Assembly (NCBI GenBank): GCA_035193785.1 | Contig: CP136572.1 | Span: forward strand, 3,316,578-3,380,577 | From: Planktothrix sp. GU0601_MAG3 | GTDB taxonomy: Bacteria > Cyanobacteriota > Cyanobacteriia > Cyanobacteriales > Microcoleaceae | Length of the DNA stretch: 64,000 nt | Direction: 5' to 3' | Shown: positions 32,518 through 43,505 of the stretch, one piece after another | How positions within the stretch are numbered: position 1 is the stretch's first letter | How the letters are laid out: each line of letters begins with the position of its first letter | Program-made: the position numbers and the translations under genes | The notes under the pieces: generated by a model | What the model saw: the letters and a program-made list of their open reading frames with translations, nothing else | Databases searched by the model: none | What the model was told of the DNA's origin: nothing

Positions 32518-35026
32518 ATGAAAATTTTATTTATGAACTCCTTATCAAATTTAGCAAAGATTTCCTTGGGAATTATGATTTTTAGCGGTTTACATTTTAT
32601 GAGAAATACTACCCCGGCTTTTGCTAGTTTAGCTCAACAGTTGAATCGTCAATCTTCAGGGTCAAAATTAGCACAACTTCCTCAACAAACCTCGGAAAAA
32701 CAATTAGGGGGTTTATATGTTCAATCTGCAACGCCAAGCCAAGTTTTTCCCCTCAAACAAACCCAAGTCAAGGCTAAAATTTCTGGGAATGTTTCACAGG
32801 TTGAAGTTTCTCAAACCTTTGAAAATCCTTTTAAAGAACCTTTAGAAGCGATTTATGTATTCCCCCTCCCTGATCAAGCTGCGGTTGATCAGATGGTAAT
32901 TAAAATTGGCGATCGCACGATAAAATCCCGCATTGAAACCCGGGAAGACGCCAAAGAAATCTATCAACGGGCTAAAGCTCAAGGTCGCACCACCGGGTTA
33001 TTAGAACAGGAAAGAGATAATATATTTACTCAGTCTGTAGCTAATATTCAACCGGGGGAACAAATATCCGTAACAATTCGCTATATTGATCAATTAAAAT
33101 TTGAAGGAGGAAACTATGAATTTGTGTTTCCCATGGTGGTTGGCCCCCGCTATATTCCCGGTCAATTAATTAATAAAAATCAACCCAATACTAATCAAGT
33201 TCCCGATGCGGATAGGATCACGCCTCCGATTATTGACCGAGAAACAAAATCCCCCCATAACATTCAAGTTGATCTGGAAATTGATGCTGGGGTTGCAATT
33301 GAAAATGTGCGTTCAACTTCCCATAAAATTATTACTAAACAGCAGGGAAATCGGATATTTGTTAGCTTAGATCAATCCGATCAAATTCCGAATAAAGATC
33401 TAATTCTAAGATATCAAATTTCAGGAGAAAATACCAGGGCAACGGTATTAACAGAAGCGAATCAACAGGGGGGACATTTTGCCGCCTATTTATTACCTGC
33501 AATTAGTTATAATCCTAATCAAATTATTCCGAAAGATGTTATTTTTCTGATGGATACTTCCGGTTTCCCAAGAAGGAGAACCTCTGAAAAAATCTCAAGA
33601 ATTAATGAAACGATTTATTCAAGGATTAAATCCCGAAGATACCTTTAATATTATTGATTTTGCCAATAGCACTAATACCCTATCAGAAACTCCCTTAGAA
33701 AATACCCCCGCTAACCGACAAAAAGCGATCAATTATATTAATCAATTAGAAGCCGATGGCGGGACGGAATTATTAAATGGAATCCAGACGGTTATGAAGT
33801 TTCCCACCCCCTCCAAAGGTCGCCTACGCAGTATTGTTTTGTTAACAGATGGATATATTGGAAATGATCAAGAAGTAATTGCAGAAGTACAAAATAAACT
33901 GAAACCCGGAAATAGATTTTACGCCTTTGGGGTGGGCAGTTCTGTCAATCGTTTTTTACTCAATCGTTTAGGGGAAATTGGCCAGGGAACTACACAAATT
34001 GTGCGTCAAGATGAACCCACAGAAACCGTCGTGGAAAACTTTTTTAAACAGATTAATAACCCCATTCTAACCGATCTTGAAATCAGTTGGCAAGGGGAAG
34101 GATTAAAACCCGAAATTTATCCGATCAGCTTATCAGATTTGTTTGATAATCAACCTTTAGTATTATTTGGACGTAAATTAGATCGTCGTAATGGCCTATT
34201 AAAAATTACCGGAATAACGGCAAAAGGCGATCGCTATGAACAAACCTTACCTGTGAATTTTCCCGAGATAAATACTAAGGAATCTGGTAATATTGCCATT
34301 GCTAAATTGTGGGGAAGGGCGAGAATTAAAGACCTGATGAATCAAATGTTTTCTGGGGAAACAAAATCAGGAGTTGAAGGAGTAACACGCACCGCTTTAG
34401 CCTATCAATTACTATCTGAATATACCGCCTTTGTCGCCGTGAGCGAAGAAGTTCGAGTCGATGCTAATGGAACTCGTAAAACCGTAGAAGTTCCCCTAGA
34501 ATTACCGGAAGGGGTGAGTTATGACAGTATTTTTGACACACCCAAACCCGCCCAATTACCTTCAGCCCCTCCGATGAGTTTAGGGCGAACTCGTTCCGCA
34601 TCTGGTTATAATAATTATGGCAGTCAAAGGAGTCCAGAAATTGCGCCGTCTCCCTCAATATTATCAGGATCAGATACATTATTGACAAGACTTGATACAT
34701 CGAAAAATACGGCTTCTACTATTACCGTTGTTCAACTGACAGGAATTAGCGATCGCACCCTAATTAATGACCTAAACCGTTATTTACAAGGGTTGAATTT
34801 AGCCGACGAAATCATTGGAAAAGTAACCTTTGAAATGATTATTGATCAAGGCAATGTCCAACGAGCAATTTTTGATGATGTTGACTCTAATCTGGATTTA
34901 GATAATAATATTAAACAGGCAATGATTATTGATCAAATTCGGCGATCGCTCCTAACTTGGCAACCTTCTACCCCCGTCAGTGGAAAACTCAAAATCACCT
35001 TAGAATTAAAAGCCACAAAATCCTAA
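32518..35026 (+). CDS. Secreted VIT + vWA domain protein (one apparent frameshift)
   Basis: VIT domain (EAIYVFPLP, FTQSVANI); MIDAS DTSGS after correction, GGTE, LLTDG. Confidence 0.88.
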
Positions 35027-35031
35027 ATTCC

Positions 35032-36046
35032 ATGAATCTTCCGACCTCAATTGTCAGCTTAAATCCGATTTATCCCCTGAGTATTGCGCCGATGATGGAT
35101 CGCACCGATCGCCATTATCGCTATTTTATGCGACAAATTACCCGGCGAACTTTGCTCTATACCGAAATGGTGACAACGGCGGCAATTTTACATGGAGATC
35201 AGGAGCAATTATTAGGATTTTCCCCCGAAGAAAAACCCCTAGTATTACAGTTAGGAGGAGATAATCCAAATCATCTGGCAACCTGTGCTAAAATAGCCGA
35301 GGATCGGGGATATGATCAGGTTAATTTAAACGTAGGATGCCCCAGTGATCGGGTGCAAAATGGCAATTTTGGAGCCTGTTTAATGGCGCAACCGGAGTTA
35401 GTTGCTAAAGCCGTGGAAGCTATGCAAAAAGCAGTTAATATTCCGGTGACAATTAAACAGAGAATTGGTATTGATGACCAGGATAAATATGAAGATATGG
35501 CGGATTTTGTCAGAATAGTTGCTAAGGCCGGATGTCAACATTTTACCATTCATGCTCGCAAGGCTTGGTTACAGGGTTTAAGCCCTAAAGAAAACCGGAC
35601 TATTCCCCCCTTAAGATATGAAGAAGTTCATCGTTTAAAACAAGAGTTTCCCCATCTATTTATTGAAATTAATGGCGGCTTTAAAACCTTAGCAGAAGTC
35701 AAAGATCAACTGCAATTTGTTGATGCTGTGATGCTCGGACGCGCCGCCTATGATCACCCCTATTTGTTCGCAATGGCGGATCAAGAAATCTATGGAGAAA
35801 AAACACCCCCCTTGACCCGTCAAGAAGTCATAGAAGCCATGTATCCTTATCTGGAATATTGGTTACAAAAAGGGGTGAAATTAAATAGTATGACCCGCCA
35901 TTTTTTAGAGTTATTTGCCCAACAACCTGGAAACTAAAGCCTGGAAACGTTATATTAGTGAAAATGCCCATCTGACCCATGCTGGAGTAGAAGTTCTTGA
36001 GCGGGCATTGAAGCAGCTTCCCCAACCTTCAAACTCCTACTATTAA
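35032..36046 (+). CDS. dusA: tRNA-dihydrouridine(20/20a) synthase (frameshift near the C-terminus)
   Basis: APMMDRTDRH, NLNVGCPS, HARKAWLQGLSPKENR, MLGRAAY. Confidence 0.93.
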
Positions 36047-36563
36047 AAAACAAGTTAAATAGGGTTCCCTTTCCTAAGATTTTATCCAATTCTCTCATCG
36101 TAAAGAAAGGAACAAAAACAATCAATAAACATAATACTTGATAAAATAAATCGATTTGAGAAACTTGATTTTGCAGTTCCATTAAAATCCGACCCAGAGA
36201 TTCCTGTTGAAATAAACCCACAATTAAATGTTCTGCACTATTAAAAAACAAAGCAATAATTGTAAATAAAATGGATTTGTAACCCACCGAAATGATTAAG
36301 GGTTTATCCTCATAGCGTTCTACAATTGGGACTTTTTCCGATAAAAGAATCACCTTTCCTAAAACTAATGCTCCCATAATTGTAATTCCGTAGTTAAATC
36401 CATCAATGCCATATTTAACTAAAGCCAGGGAATTTAATGTTACTAAAATACTAAAGGATGAGGCTAAATATAAATTAATAATTCCGAGGTTAATGAACTC
36501 ACGAATTAAGATATTTAGCCAGTTCTTCTTAAATGTTGCTATTGCCGTCATATTTTCATTCAT
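35955..36563 (-). CDS. Hypothetical integral membrane protein
   Basis: About four hydrophobic segments; ALVLGKVIL, FVPFFTMREL. Confidence 0.7.
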   Translation of the reverse strand: MNENMTAIATFKKNWLNILIREFINLGIINLYLASSFSILVTLNSLALVKYGIDGFNYGITIMGALVLGKVILLSEKVPIVERYEDKPLIISVGYKSILFTIIALFFNSAEHLIVGLFQQESLGRILMELQNQVSQIDLFYQVLCLLIVFVPFFTMRELDKILGKGTLFNLFFNSRSLKVGEAASMPAQELLLQHGSDGHFH

Positions 36564-37248
36564 GATTTTTGATTCTTGATCTTAAAATAAATTCTGCCAC
36601 ACTTAGATCCACAGGGGTTGTTACTTTCAAATTAGTTTCTTCCCCCATAACAATATGAACGGATAACCCACATTTTTCAAATAAAGCCGCATCGTCGGTA
36701 ACTTCCCAACCCTGTTGACGTCCTTGATTATGACATTCTTTTAATAATTTCACCTCGAAACCTTGGGGAGTTTGCGCCGCCCATAATTGTCGGCGATCGG
36801 GTGTATCTAAAACCACCCCATGCTCATCGACAACCTTAATTGTATCCTTGACTGGAACCGCCGCAATTAACCCCGAACAGGTTTGCAAAGTCGCCCCACA
36901 GCGCTCGAATAATTCCGGTGTGGCCAAACATCTCGCCCCATCATGGATTAACACCCGCTCTGCATCCGGTGGTAAAGCCTGTAAGCCATTGTAAACCGAC
37001 TGTTGACGGGTTTCGCCCCCCTGGATTAACTCGACGGGTTTAGTTAAATTAACCTGGGCCAAAATTTCCTGAAAGTCGGGAAAATCCACGGGTTGACCCA
37101 TGATCCCGATCCACTCAATACCCGTCGCCGCCTCCGCCGATTCAAGTGTCCAAGCTAATAGGGGTTTGTCCCATAGGGTCAGGAGCAATTTGTTGCGATC
37201 GCTTCCCATTCTGCGTCCCATACCCGCCGCTGGAATTAATAAGTGCAT
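36556..37248 (-). CDS. ispD: 2-C-methyl-D-erythritol 4-phosphate cytidylyltransferase
   Basis: PAAGMGRRMG, GGETRQQSV, IHDGAR, AQTPQGF, TDDA, NLKVTTP. Confidence 0.96.
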   Translation of the reverse strand: MHLLIPAAGMGRRMGSDRNKLLLTLWDKPLLAWTLESAEAATGIEWIGIMGQPVDFPDFQEILAQVNLTKPVELIQGGETRQQSVYNGLQALPPDAERVLIHDGARCLATPELFERCGATLQTCSGLIAAVPVKDTIKVVDEHGVVLDTPDRRQLWAAQTPQGFEVKLLKECHNQGRQQGWEVTDDAALFEKCGLSVHIVMGEETNLKVTTPVDLSVAEFILRSRIKNHE

Positions 37249-37279
37249 TATGAAAATTTAGAGGTAAGATTGACAATTC

Positions 37280-38856
37280 TATGTTCATATTAGAATTAAC
37301 TAACAGCACGGAGGTACGGAGTCCGACAATTAGACTTAGGGCAATGTACTATCTAAGTGTTGAAACAGTCTATACTACAAAAAGGTCGAAAAGGAAGTTT
37401 TTAATGCAACTAACGTACAAATACCGCCTTAAACCCACAAAAGCCCAAATTGTAACGATTGCTATTCACCTAGAAACTCTGTCGTAGGCAGTACAACTAC
37501 CGCTTAGGTGAAAGGTTTAGGTGGTGGGAGGCCACAAGGACACCCGTAAATGCCTGTCCTTTAACTGCGTCAATCATCCCAGTTGAGGAAATTTACAAAA
37601 ATATTCCTCTAACAAGGATACAAACTAGAGACGGTAGAAAAAAGGATGAAAATGGCAATTCTATCACCAAAAAAGGTGATATTTTCTCAAACATTGAAGG
37701 CGGTTATGTGCAGTGGCAAACCCTACAGTTAGCCGACATAAAAAACACCAAAAAACTATTCCCTGAATACAAGAACTTGGATTCTCAAGTTTTGCAGGAT
37801 GTAGTGAATCGGGTGGAAACTTCCTTTTCAAATTTTACCACACCCGACAAAAATGGTAATCGTAGAGGTAAACCCAGATTCAAAGGTTTTCAATACTACA
37901 AATCCTTGACTTACCCACAACTTGATAATTTAAACATTATCAAGGATAAGCAAAATCGGATTTGTATTGACCTGGCAAAAATAGGTCAAGTACCGATGGT
38001 TTTCCATCGCCCAATACCAACAGGATTCAAAGTTAAGACGGGAACAGTTATCAAAGAAGCCGATGGGTGGTATATTTCCTTAACCCTAGAAGACAAAACA
38101 GTTCCTGTAACGGTTGCAGAAATTCAACCGACTGATGAAAACACTCTTGGTATTGATTTAGGAATCACAAATTATGTCTATTTATCCAATGGCGAAAGAA
38201 TTGAAAATCCTAGATTCTTGAGGAAGTCGGCTGAAAAATTAGCCAGACTTCAGGTGAAACTAGCTAATAGAGTTAAGGGTTCTAAACCTTGGAGAATTAT
38301 CAAAGATAAAATCTCCAAACTTCACCAATTCATAGCTAGAGCTAGGCTGGATTTTCAATTCCAAACTGCACACAAATTATTGGAACAGTGTGACGTTCTA
38401 ATTCTTGAAGATTTGAGGATCAAGAATCTAACTAGACTTGCCAAAATCAAAACTGATATTGAGCAGGGCAATTTGGTTTATTTACCTAATGGTCAATCGG
38501 CTAAAAGTGGTTTGAATAAATCAATACTTGATGCCGCTCATGGTCAATTTTCTATGGTTCTCAAATATGTGGCCTGGAAATTAGGCAAAAGCGTTCTATT
38601 TGTTGATCCGAAAGGGACTTCTCAGCACTGTTGGAATTGCTTTAATAAAGTACCTAAAGAATTGTCAGACCGATGGCATTCTTGTCAATGTGGGGAGTCT
38701 TTGGAGCGAGACGAAAATTCAGCCAAACTCATCAAAAAGATTGGCTTAAACTACGAAGGTGGCGGGGGAACTCCGTCACTCAAAAAAGCTCTTGAACAAA
38801 GAGAAAAAGAAGCCTGTGGTCTAACGGTAATCCGTTGACCGCCAGGTTTCGTTCAC
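37280..38856 (+). mobile_element. tnpB-only (IS1341-like) IS200/IS605 element between ispD and a GT9 gene
   Basis: Right-end hairpin AACGG-TAAT-CCGTT, then GTTCAC at 38851-38856; left end not defined. Confidence 0.65.
37404..38838 (+). CDS. tnpB: TnpB RNA-guided endonuclease, long form (one apparent frameshift)
   Basis: MQLTYKYRLKPT, GIDLG, ILEDL, TSQHCWNC...CQCG, ERDENSA; frame restored at GAAAC about 37473. Confidence 0.92.
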
Positions 38857-38892
38857 GCTGACCTTGTAGATTAACTCTTTAATTCTTTAATT

Positions 38893-39855
38893 ATGAGAAT
38901 ACTAGCCCTTGTCCCAGGTGGAATAGGCGATCAAATTCTGTTTTTCCCCACCCTGGATGGCCTCAAGCAAGCCTATCCTGAAGCCCTAATTTCTGTTATG
39001 GTAGAACCCAGAGCCAGAGGAGCTTATCGCGTTTGTAAGTCCGTGTCTGAAATTCTCACCTATGATTTTAAGGGACGGAACAGTTTGGCCGACTGGGGAA
39101 ATTTTTTAGGAATTGTCCGTGACCGGGAATACGAAGTGGTATTATCCCTGGGCCAAAGTTGGACAGTGGGATTATTATTGTGGTTAACGGGTATTCCCAC
39201 GCGCATTGGTTACGCAGGCGGGGGTGAGGGGTTATTTATTAGCAACCCAGTCCCCCTAAAACCGGAGCAATACGCCGCCGAAATGTATTATGACCTGCTC
39301 AAAGGGTTGGACATTATTACCCCCTTCTCAGGATTATCAATTAATGTGCCCAAACTAGATCTCGACTGGGGAGAAGCCGAACAGAAACGGTTAGGAGTCA
39401 AGGATAGTGGTTATATTTTGATTCATGGGGGATCTAGCCAGTTAGCCAAACAAAAAGGCATTGATAAAATCTACCCCGTGGCCAGTTGGCAAAAAATTAT
39501 TCAAGATATTCAACAGCGCCAACCTAACCTCCCCGTGATCATTGTCCAGGGGCCAGAAGATGGGGCGTTAGTGCGGCAAATTGTCGAATCTTGTCCCCAG
39601 GTTAAAGTCACCCAACCGGAGGATATTGGTAAATTATCGGCGATGATCGCCTCGGCGAATTTAATGCTCTGTACCGATAGCGCCCCCATGCACCTAGCCG
39701 TTGCAGTGGGCACCTATACGATCGCCTTATTTGGCCCAACGGAACCCGCTAAATTATTACCAAAAAGCGATCGGGTCATTGGGATTAAATCCCCTTCAGG
39801 CAAAATGTCTGATATCTCTCCCGATCAAGTAATTAAAAAAATCTGGGGAGGCTGA
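38893..39855 (+). CDS. GT9 (heptosyltransferase-like) glycosyltransferase
   Basis: PGGIGDQILFFP, CTDSAPMHLAVAVG, ALFGPT. Confidence 0.9.
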   Translation: MRILALVPGGIGDQILFFPTLDGLKQAYPEALISVMVEPRARGAYRVCKSVSEILTYDFKGRNSLADWGNFLGIVRDREYEVVLSLGQSWTVGLLLWLTGIPTRIGYAGGGEGLFISNPVPLKPEQYAAEMYYDLLKGLDIITPFSGLSINVPKLDLDWGEAEQKRLGVKDSGYILIHGGSSQLAKQKGIDKIYPVASWQKIIQDIQQRQPNLPVIIVQGPEDGALVRQIVESCPQVKVTQPEDIGKLSAMIASANLMLCTDSAPMHLAVAVGTYTIALFGPTEPAKLLPKSDRVIGIKSPSGKMSDISPDQVIKKIWGG

Positions 39856-39857
39856 AT

Positions 39858-40016
39858 TTCAGTTATCAGTTAACAGTTATCAGTTATCAGTTATCAGTTA
39901 TCAGTTAATAGTTGTCAGTTAATAGTTGTCAGTTAATAGTTAGCAGTTAATAGTTAATAGTTAATAGTTAACTAATTAAAATCCGTGAAATCCGTGAAAT
40001 CCCCTTAATCCGTGAT
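39858..40016. repeat. Heptamer STRR array plus AATCCGTGA 9-mers
   Basis: CAGTTAT/TAGTTAA runs, then AATCCGTGAAATCCGTGAAATCC. Confidence 0.85.
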
Positions 40017-41190
40017 ATGAATTATAATATTGAAGAAACAGTGATTGAACGCTACAAAGCGGGAGCCCAAACGGTACAACCTTCCCTCTGTTGTCCGGTG
40101 GAATATCAGGAAAATCAATATTTAGAAATTATTCCCCAGGAAATTATAGATAAAGACTATGGTTGTGGTGATCCCACCCGTTATGTTAACCCGGGGGAAA
40201 CCGTGGTTGATTTAGGTTTCTGGGGCGGGTAAAAATTGTTATATGATCGCGCAAAAAGTCGGATCATCCGGTCAAGTTATCGGGGTAGATTTTAATGATA
40301 CAATGTTGGCTCTTTCCCGCAGCCATCAACCCGAAATAGCCCAAAAATTAGGCTATTTTAATACAAGTTTTGTTAAGGCAAAAATTCAGGATTTAGCCTT
40401 AGATTTAGATCAAGTGCAACGGTGGTTAACGGTTAATCCGATTCAATCAATTGAAGATCTGGGGAAATTTGAGTTAGAATGCGATCGCCTACGTCAACAA
40501 AAGCCTTTAATTGCCGATAATAGTATTGATGTTGTTATTTCTAATTGTGTTTTAAATTTAGTTCGTCCCCAGGATAAGGATCAACTATTTCAAGAAATTT
40601 ATCGAGTTTTGAAACGGGGCGGACGGGCGGTTATTTCCGATATTGTTTGCGATCAAGATCCCACACCCAGAATTTTAAATGATCCCGATCTTTGGAGTGG
40701 TTGTATTGCTGGAGCTTTTCGGGAAAATGAGTTTTTAGAACGTTTTGAACAGGCCGGATTTTATGGGATTGAGATATTAGCCCGACAGGAAGAACCTTGG
40801 CAAGTGATTGATGGCATTGAGTTTCGTTCCCTAACAGTTTGTGCCTTTAAAGGCAAAGACGGCCCCTGTTTAGATGTAAACCAAGCCGTGATTTATAAAG
40901 GGCCATGGAAACAGGTAATGGACGATGACGGACATATTTTATATCGGGGGGAACGGATGGCAGTTTGTGATAAAACTTACCAAATTTATAATAACATAAA
41001 CGGCCCCTATTATCAAGATATTTTAGGGATTTTACCCCATGAAACTATACCCCTAGAATCAGCCCCAGAATTCGATTGTAGACGGAATGCTATTCGTAAA
41101 CCGGAAGAAACCAAGGGAGAGCATTATCACGTTACCATCACAAATTCCGATAATTCCTGTTGCGCTCCTGCGAGTTCTAGTTGTTGTTAA
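40017..41190 (+). CDS. ArsM/AS3MT-like SAM-dependent methyltransferase (one apparent frameshift)
   Basis: LCCP, YGCGDP, DLGSGAG after correction, ISNCVLNL, WSGCIAGA, C-terminal CC pairs. Confidence 0.75.
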
Positions 41191-41308
41191 ATCTTGAAAA
41201 AAAGATTATAACAAGTCCTGATCTAAGGTGATGTTCAGTAACTTTAGATTAGGGCGATCACTAATAGCTCGAAACACTTTATTGGTTTATAAATTACTTT
41301 CCTAACCA

Positions 41309-42202
41309 ATGGTACTGTTTGAACGATATGAAGACCAGGGACATATTATATTTCACGGTGATTCTTTACCTATTTTGTCAAGTGAAATAACATCTGGATC
41401 TGTAGATCTAATTTTTATTGATCCTCCCTACAATATCGGGAAACAATTCTCAAATTTCCACGACAAGTGGGAGTCTGATGAGGAATATGCAGTATGGGCT
41501 TATAAATTACTGGATGAGTGTATTCGGATATTAAAGCCTAATGGAACTTTATATGTGATGGCAAGTACCCAAGCAATGCCATATTTTGATCTTTATTTGA
41601 GAAATAAAATAGTAATTCTGAGTCGCATTATATGGCATTATGATAGTTCAGGAGTTCAAGCCAAAAAATACTTTGGATCAATGTATGAACCTCTACTTCA
41701 CTGTGTTAAAAATAAGAGTAATTATGTATTTAACTCGAACAATATTAAAGTAGAAGCAAAAACAGGCGCACAAAGAAAGTTAATTGATTATAGAAAATCC
41801 GTTCCTAGTCCCTATAATTCGGAAAAAGTACCGGGGAATGTCTGGTATTTTCCTCGTGTTAGATATCTTATGGAAGAATACGAAAACCATCCTTCCCAAA
41901 AACCTGAAGCATTGCTAGAGAGGATAATTCTTGCTAGTAGTCAGGAGGGGGGTATTGTACTTGATCCATTTGGAGGTACATTTACATCAGGTGCGGTAGC
42001 CAAACGATTAGGAAGAATTTCTATTAGTATAGAATCTCAAGAGGAGTATCTTAAAATTGGTCTAAGGCGAGTTTTAGGATGGCAAGAATATAGAGGTGAT
42101 AAGCTATTACCTCCACAGAAAAAACAGACTAGAAGAAATAAAAAAAATCAAAATTTTGATTTTATCCAAAAGGAGCTTTTAAATGCCGACAGTACAGCAT
42201 GA
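41309..42202 (+). CDS. Beta-class N6-adenine DNA methyltransferase, YhdJ/M.AvaIII-like
   Basis: DPPY precedes DPFGG; YDSSGVQAK, GSMYEP, KVPGNVW.FPRVRYLM.EYENHP closely match E. coli YhdJ as I recall it. Confidence 0.88.
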   Translation: MVLFERYEDQGHIIFHGDSLPILSSEITSGSVDLIFIDPPYNIGKQFSNFHDKWESDEEYAVWAYKLLDECIRILKPNGTLYVMASTQAMPYFDLYLRNKIVILSRIIWHYDSSGVQAKKYFGSMYEPLLHCVKNKSNYVFNSNNIKVEAKTGAQRKLIDYRKSVPSPYNSEKVPGNVWYFPRVRYLMEEYENHPSQKPEALLERIILASSQEGGIVLDPFGGTFTSGAVAKRLGRISISIESQEEYLKIGLRRVLGWQEYRGDKLLPPQKKQTRRNKKNQNFDFIQKELLNADSTA

Positions 42203-43341
42203 ATTTACCGATAAAATTACTGAAATTTTAAATATATATTTCCCTGAACAGGGAAGTAGAATTTTAGATTATAGCGAGTTATTACAATATCTAAATATTA
42301 AGACAAAAGCTGCCAATCGTGGTTCCAAGTCACGAGCAGGATTGGCAAATCATTATGCTATATATGTCTTGGTCGAGGACTATCTAAATAATGAGTTTCA
42401 TATTAATGGCAATTATAGTGATTATGAAGGGGCAAAGTTTACAACACTTCTTCAGAGACAAAGAGAACTTCCATTTGGAAGTAAACTCCAAAATCATGCC
42501 CTAAATCATCGACTAAATGAAGAATTCAAAAAATACTTTCCAACATCATCCTATGTACCTATAATCAGAGATGCTAAAACCAATAAATATTGGATTAATG
42601 AAAATCTATTGAAATGTTCTATTGATAATTCTCAAATAAATATTGCTAAAGCGATTAAAGATATTATTGATGCTTATATAGCGGCGCGAGGTCAAGCATT
42701 CAATGAATTTATGATCTATTGTCAACAGATGATCGATATTCAGAAACAAGATCCTTCACAAGCGATTAAATTTATTAAAGATTTACTTAAACCTAATATA
42801 GATGCAAGAGTTTTTGAAATTGTCAGCTACGCCATTTTGAAGGAATATTATGCAGACCAACAAATATATTGGGGTTGGTCACCCGATGAACTAAACGTGG
42901 AATATTTAGTTTTATATAAAACGGGTCGAACCAACGCAAATGATGGGGGTATAGACTTTGTAATGAAACCCCTTGGAAGATTTTTTCAAGTTACAGAAAC
43001 TCTTGATGCAGGTAAATATTTTCTCGATATTGATAAGGTTTCAGAGATATCCGATTACTTTTGTTGTTAAAACAGAACATACCGCTGAAACAATCTTAAA
43101 CAAAATTAGAGAAAAAGCGACGGAAAAATATAATATTAAAGCCATTGTTAAAAAATATATGGAATCTGTGGAAGAAGTGATTAATATTCCCGAACTGATG
43201 AGTCATTTTGATAGAGTTTTAGAACGGGGTAAAGGTGCGGCTGTGATTGAAGAAATCGTTTTACAAAGTCGTGTGGAATTTAATGTAGAAGCAGAGGAAC
43301 AAGATATTTTGATCAACGAAAATGGGGTTGAAGATGAGTAG
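42183..43341 (+). CDS. Cognate type II restriction endonuclease, AvaIII/NsiI-like (one apparent frameshift)
   Basis: Overlaps the MTase; ARVFEIVSY, GRTNANDGGIDFVMKPLGRFFQVTE (PD-D/ExK-like). Confidence 0.75.
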
Positions 43342-43505
43342 ACATTGGTATTGCCAGAAGTCGCCGTTTTATATTAAGAATTGTTTCAAATTAAAACAAA
43401 ATCGAGATTTTTGAACAATGGCAAAAGGTTAATTGTATCTTAAACAATATCCAGAGTTGAACAATTCACCCAGATTAAAAAACACAATTTAAACAGGACT
43501 TCACA

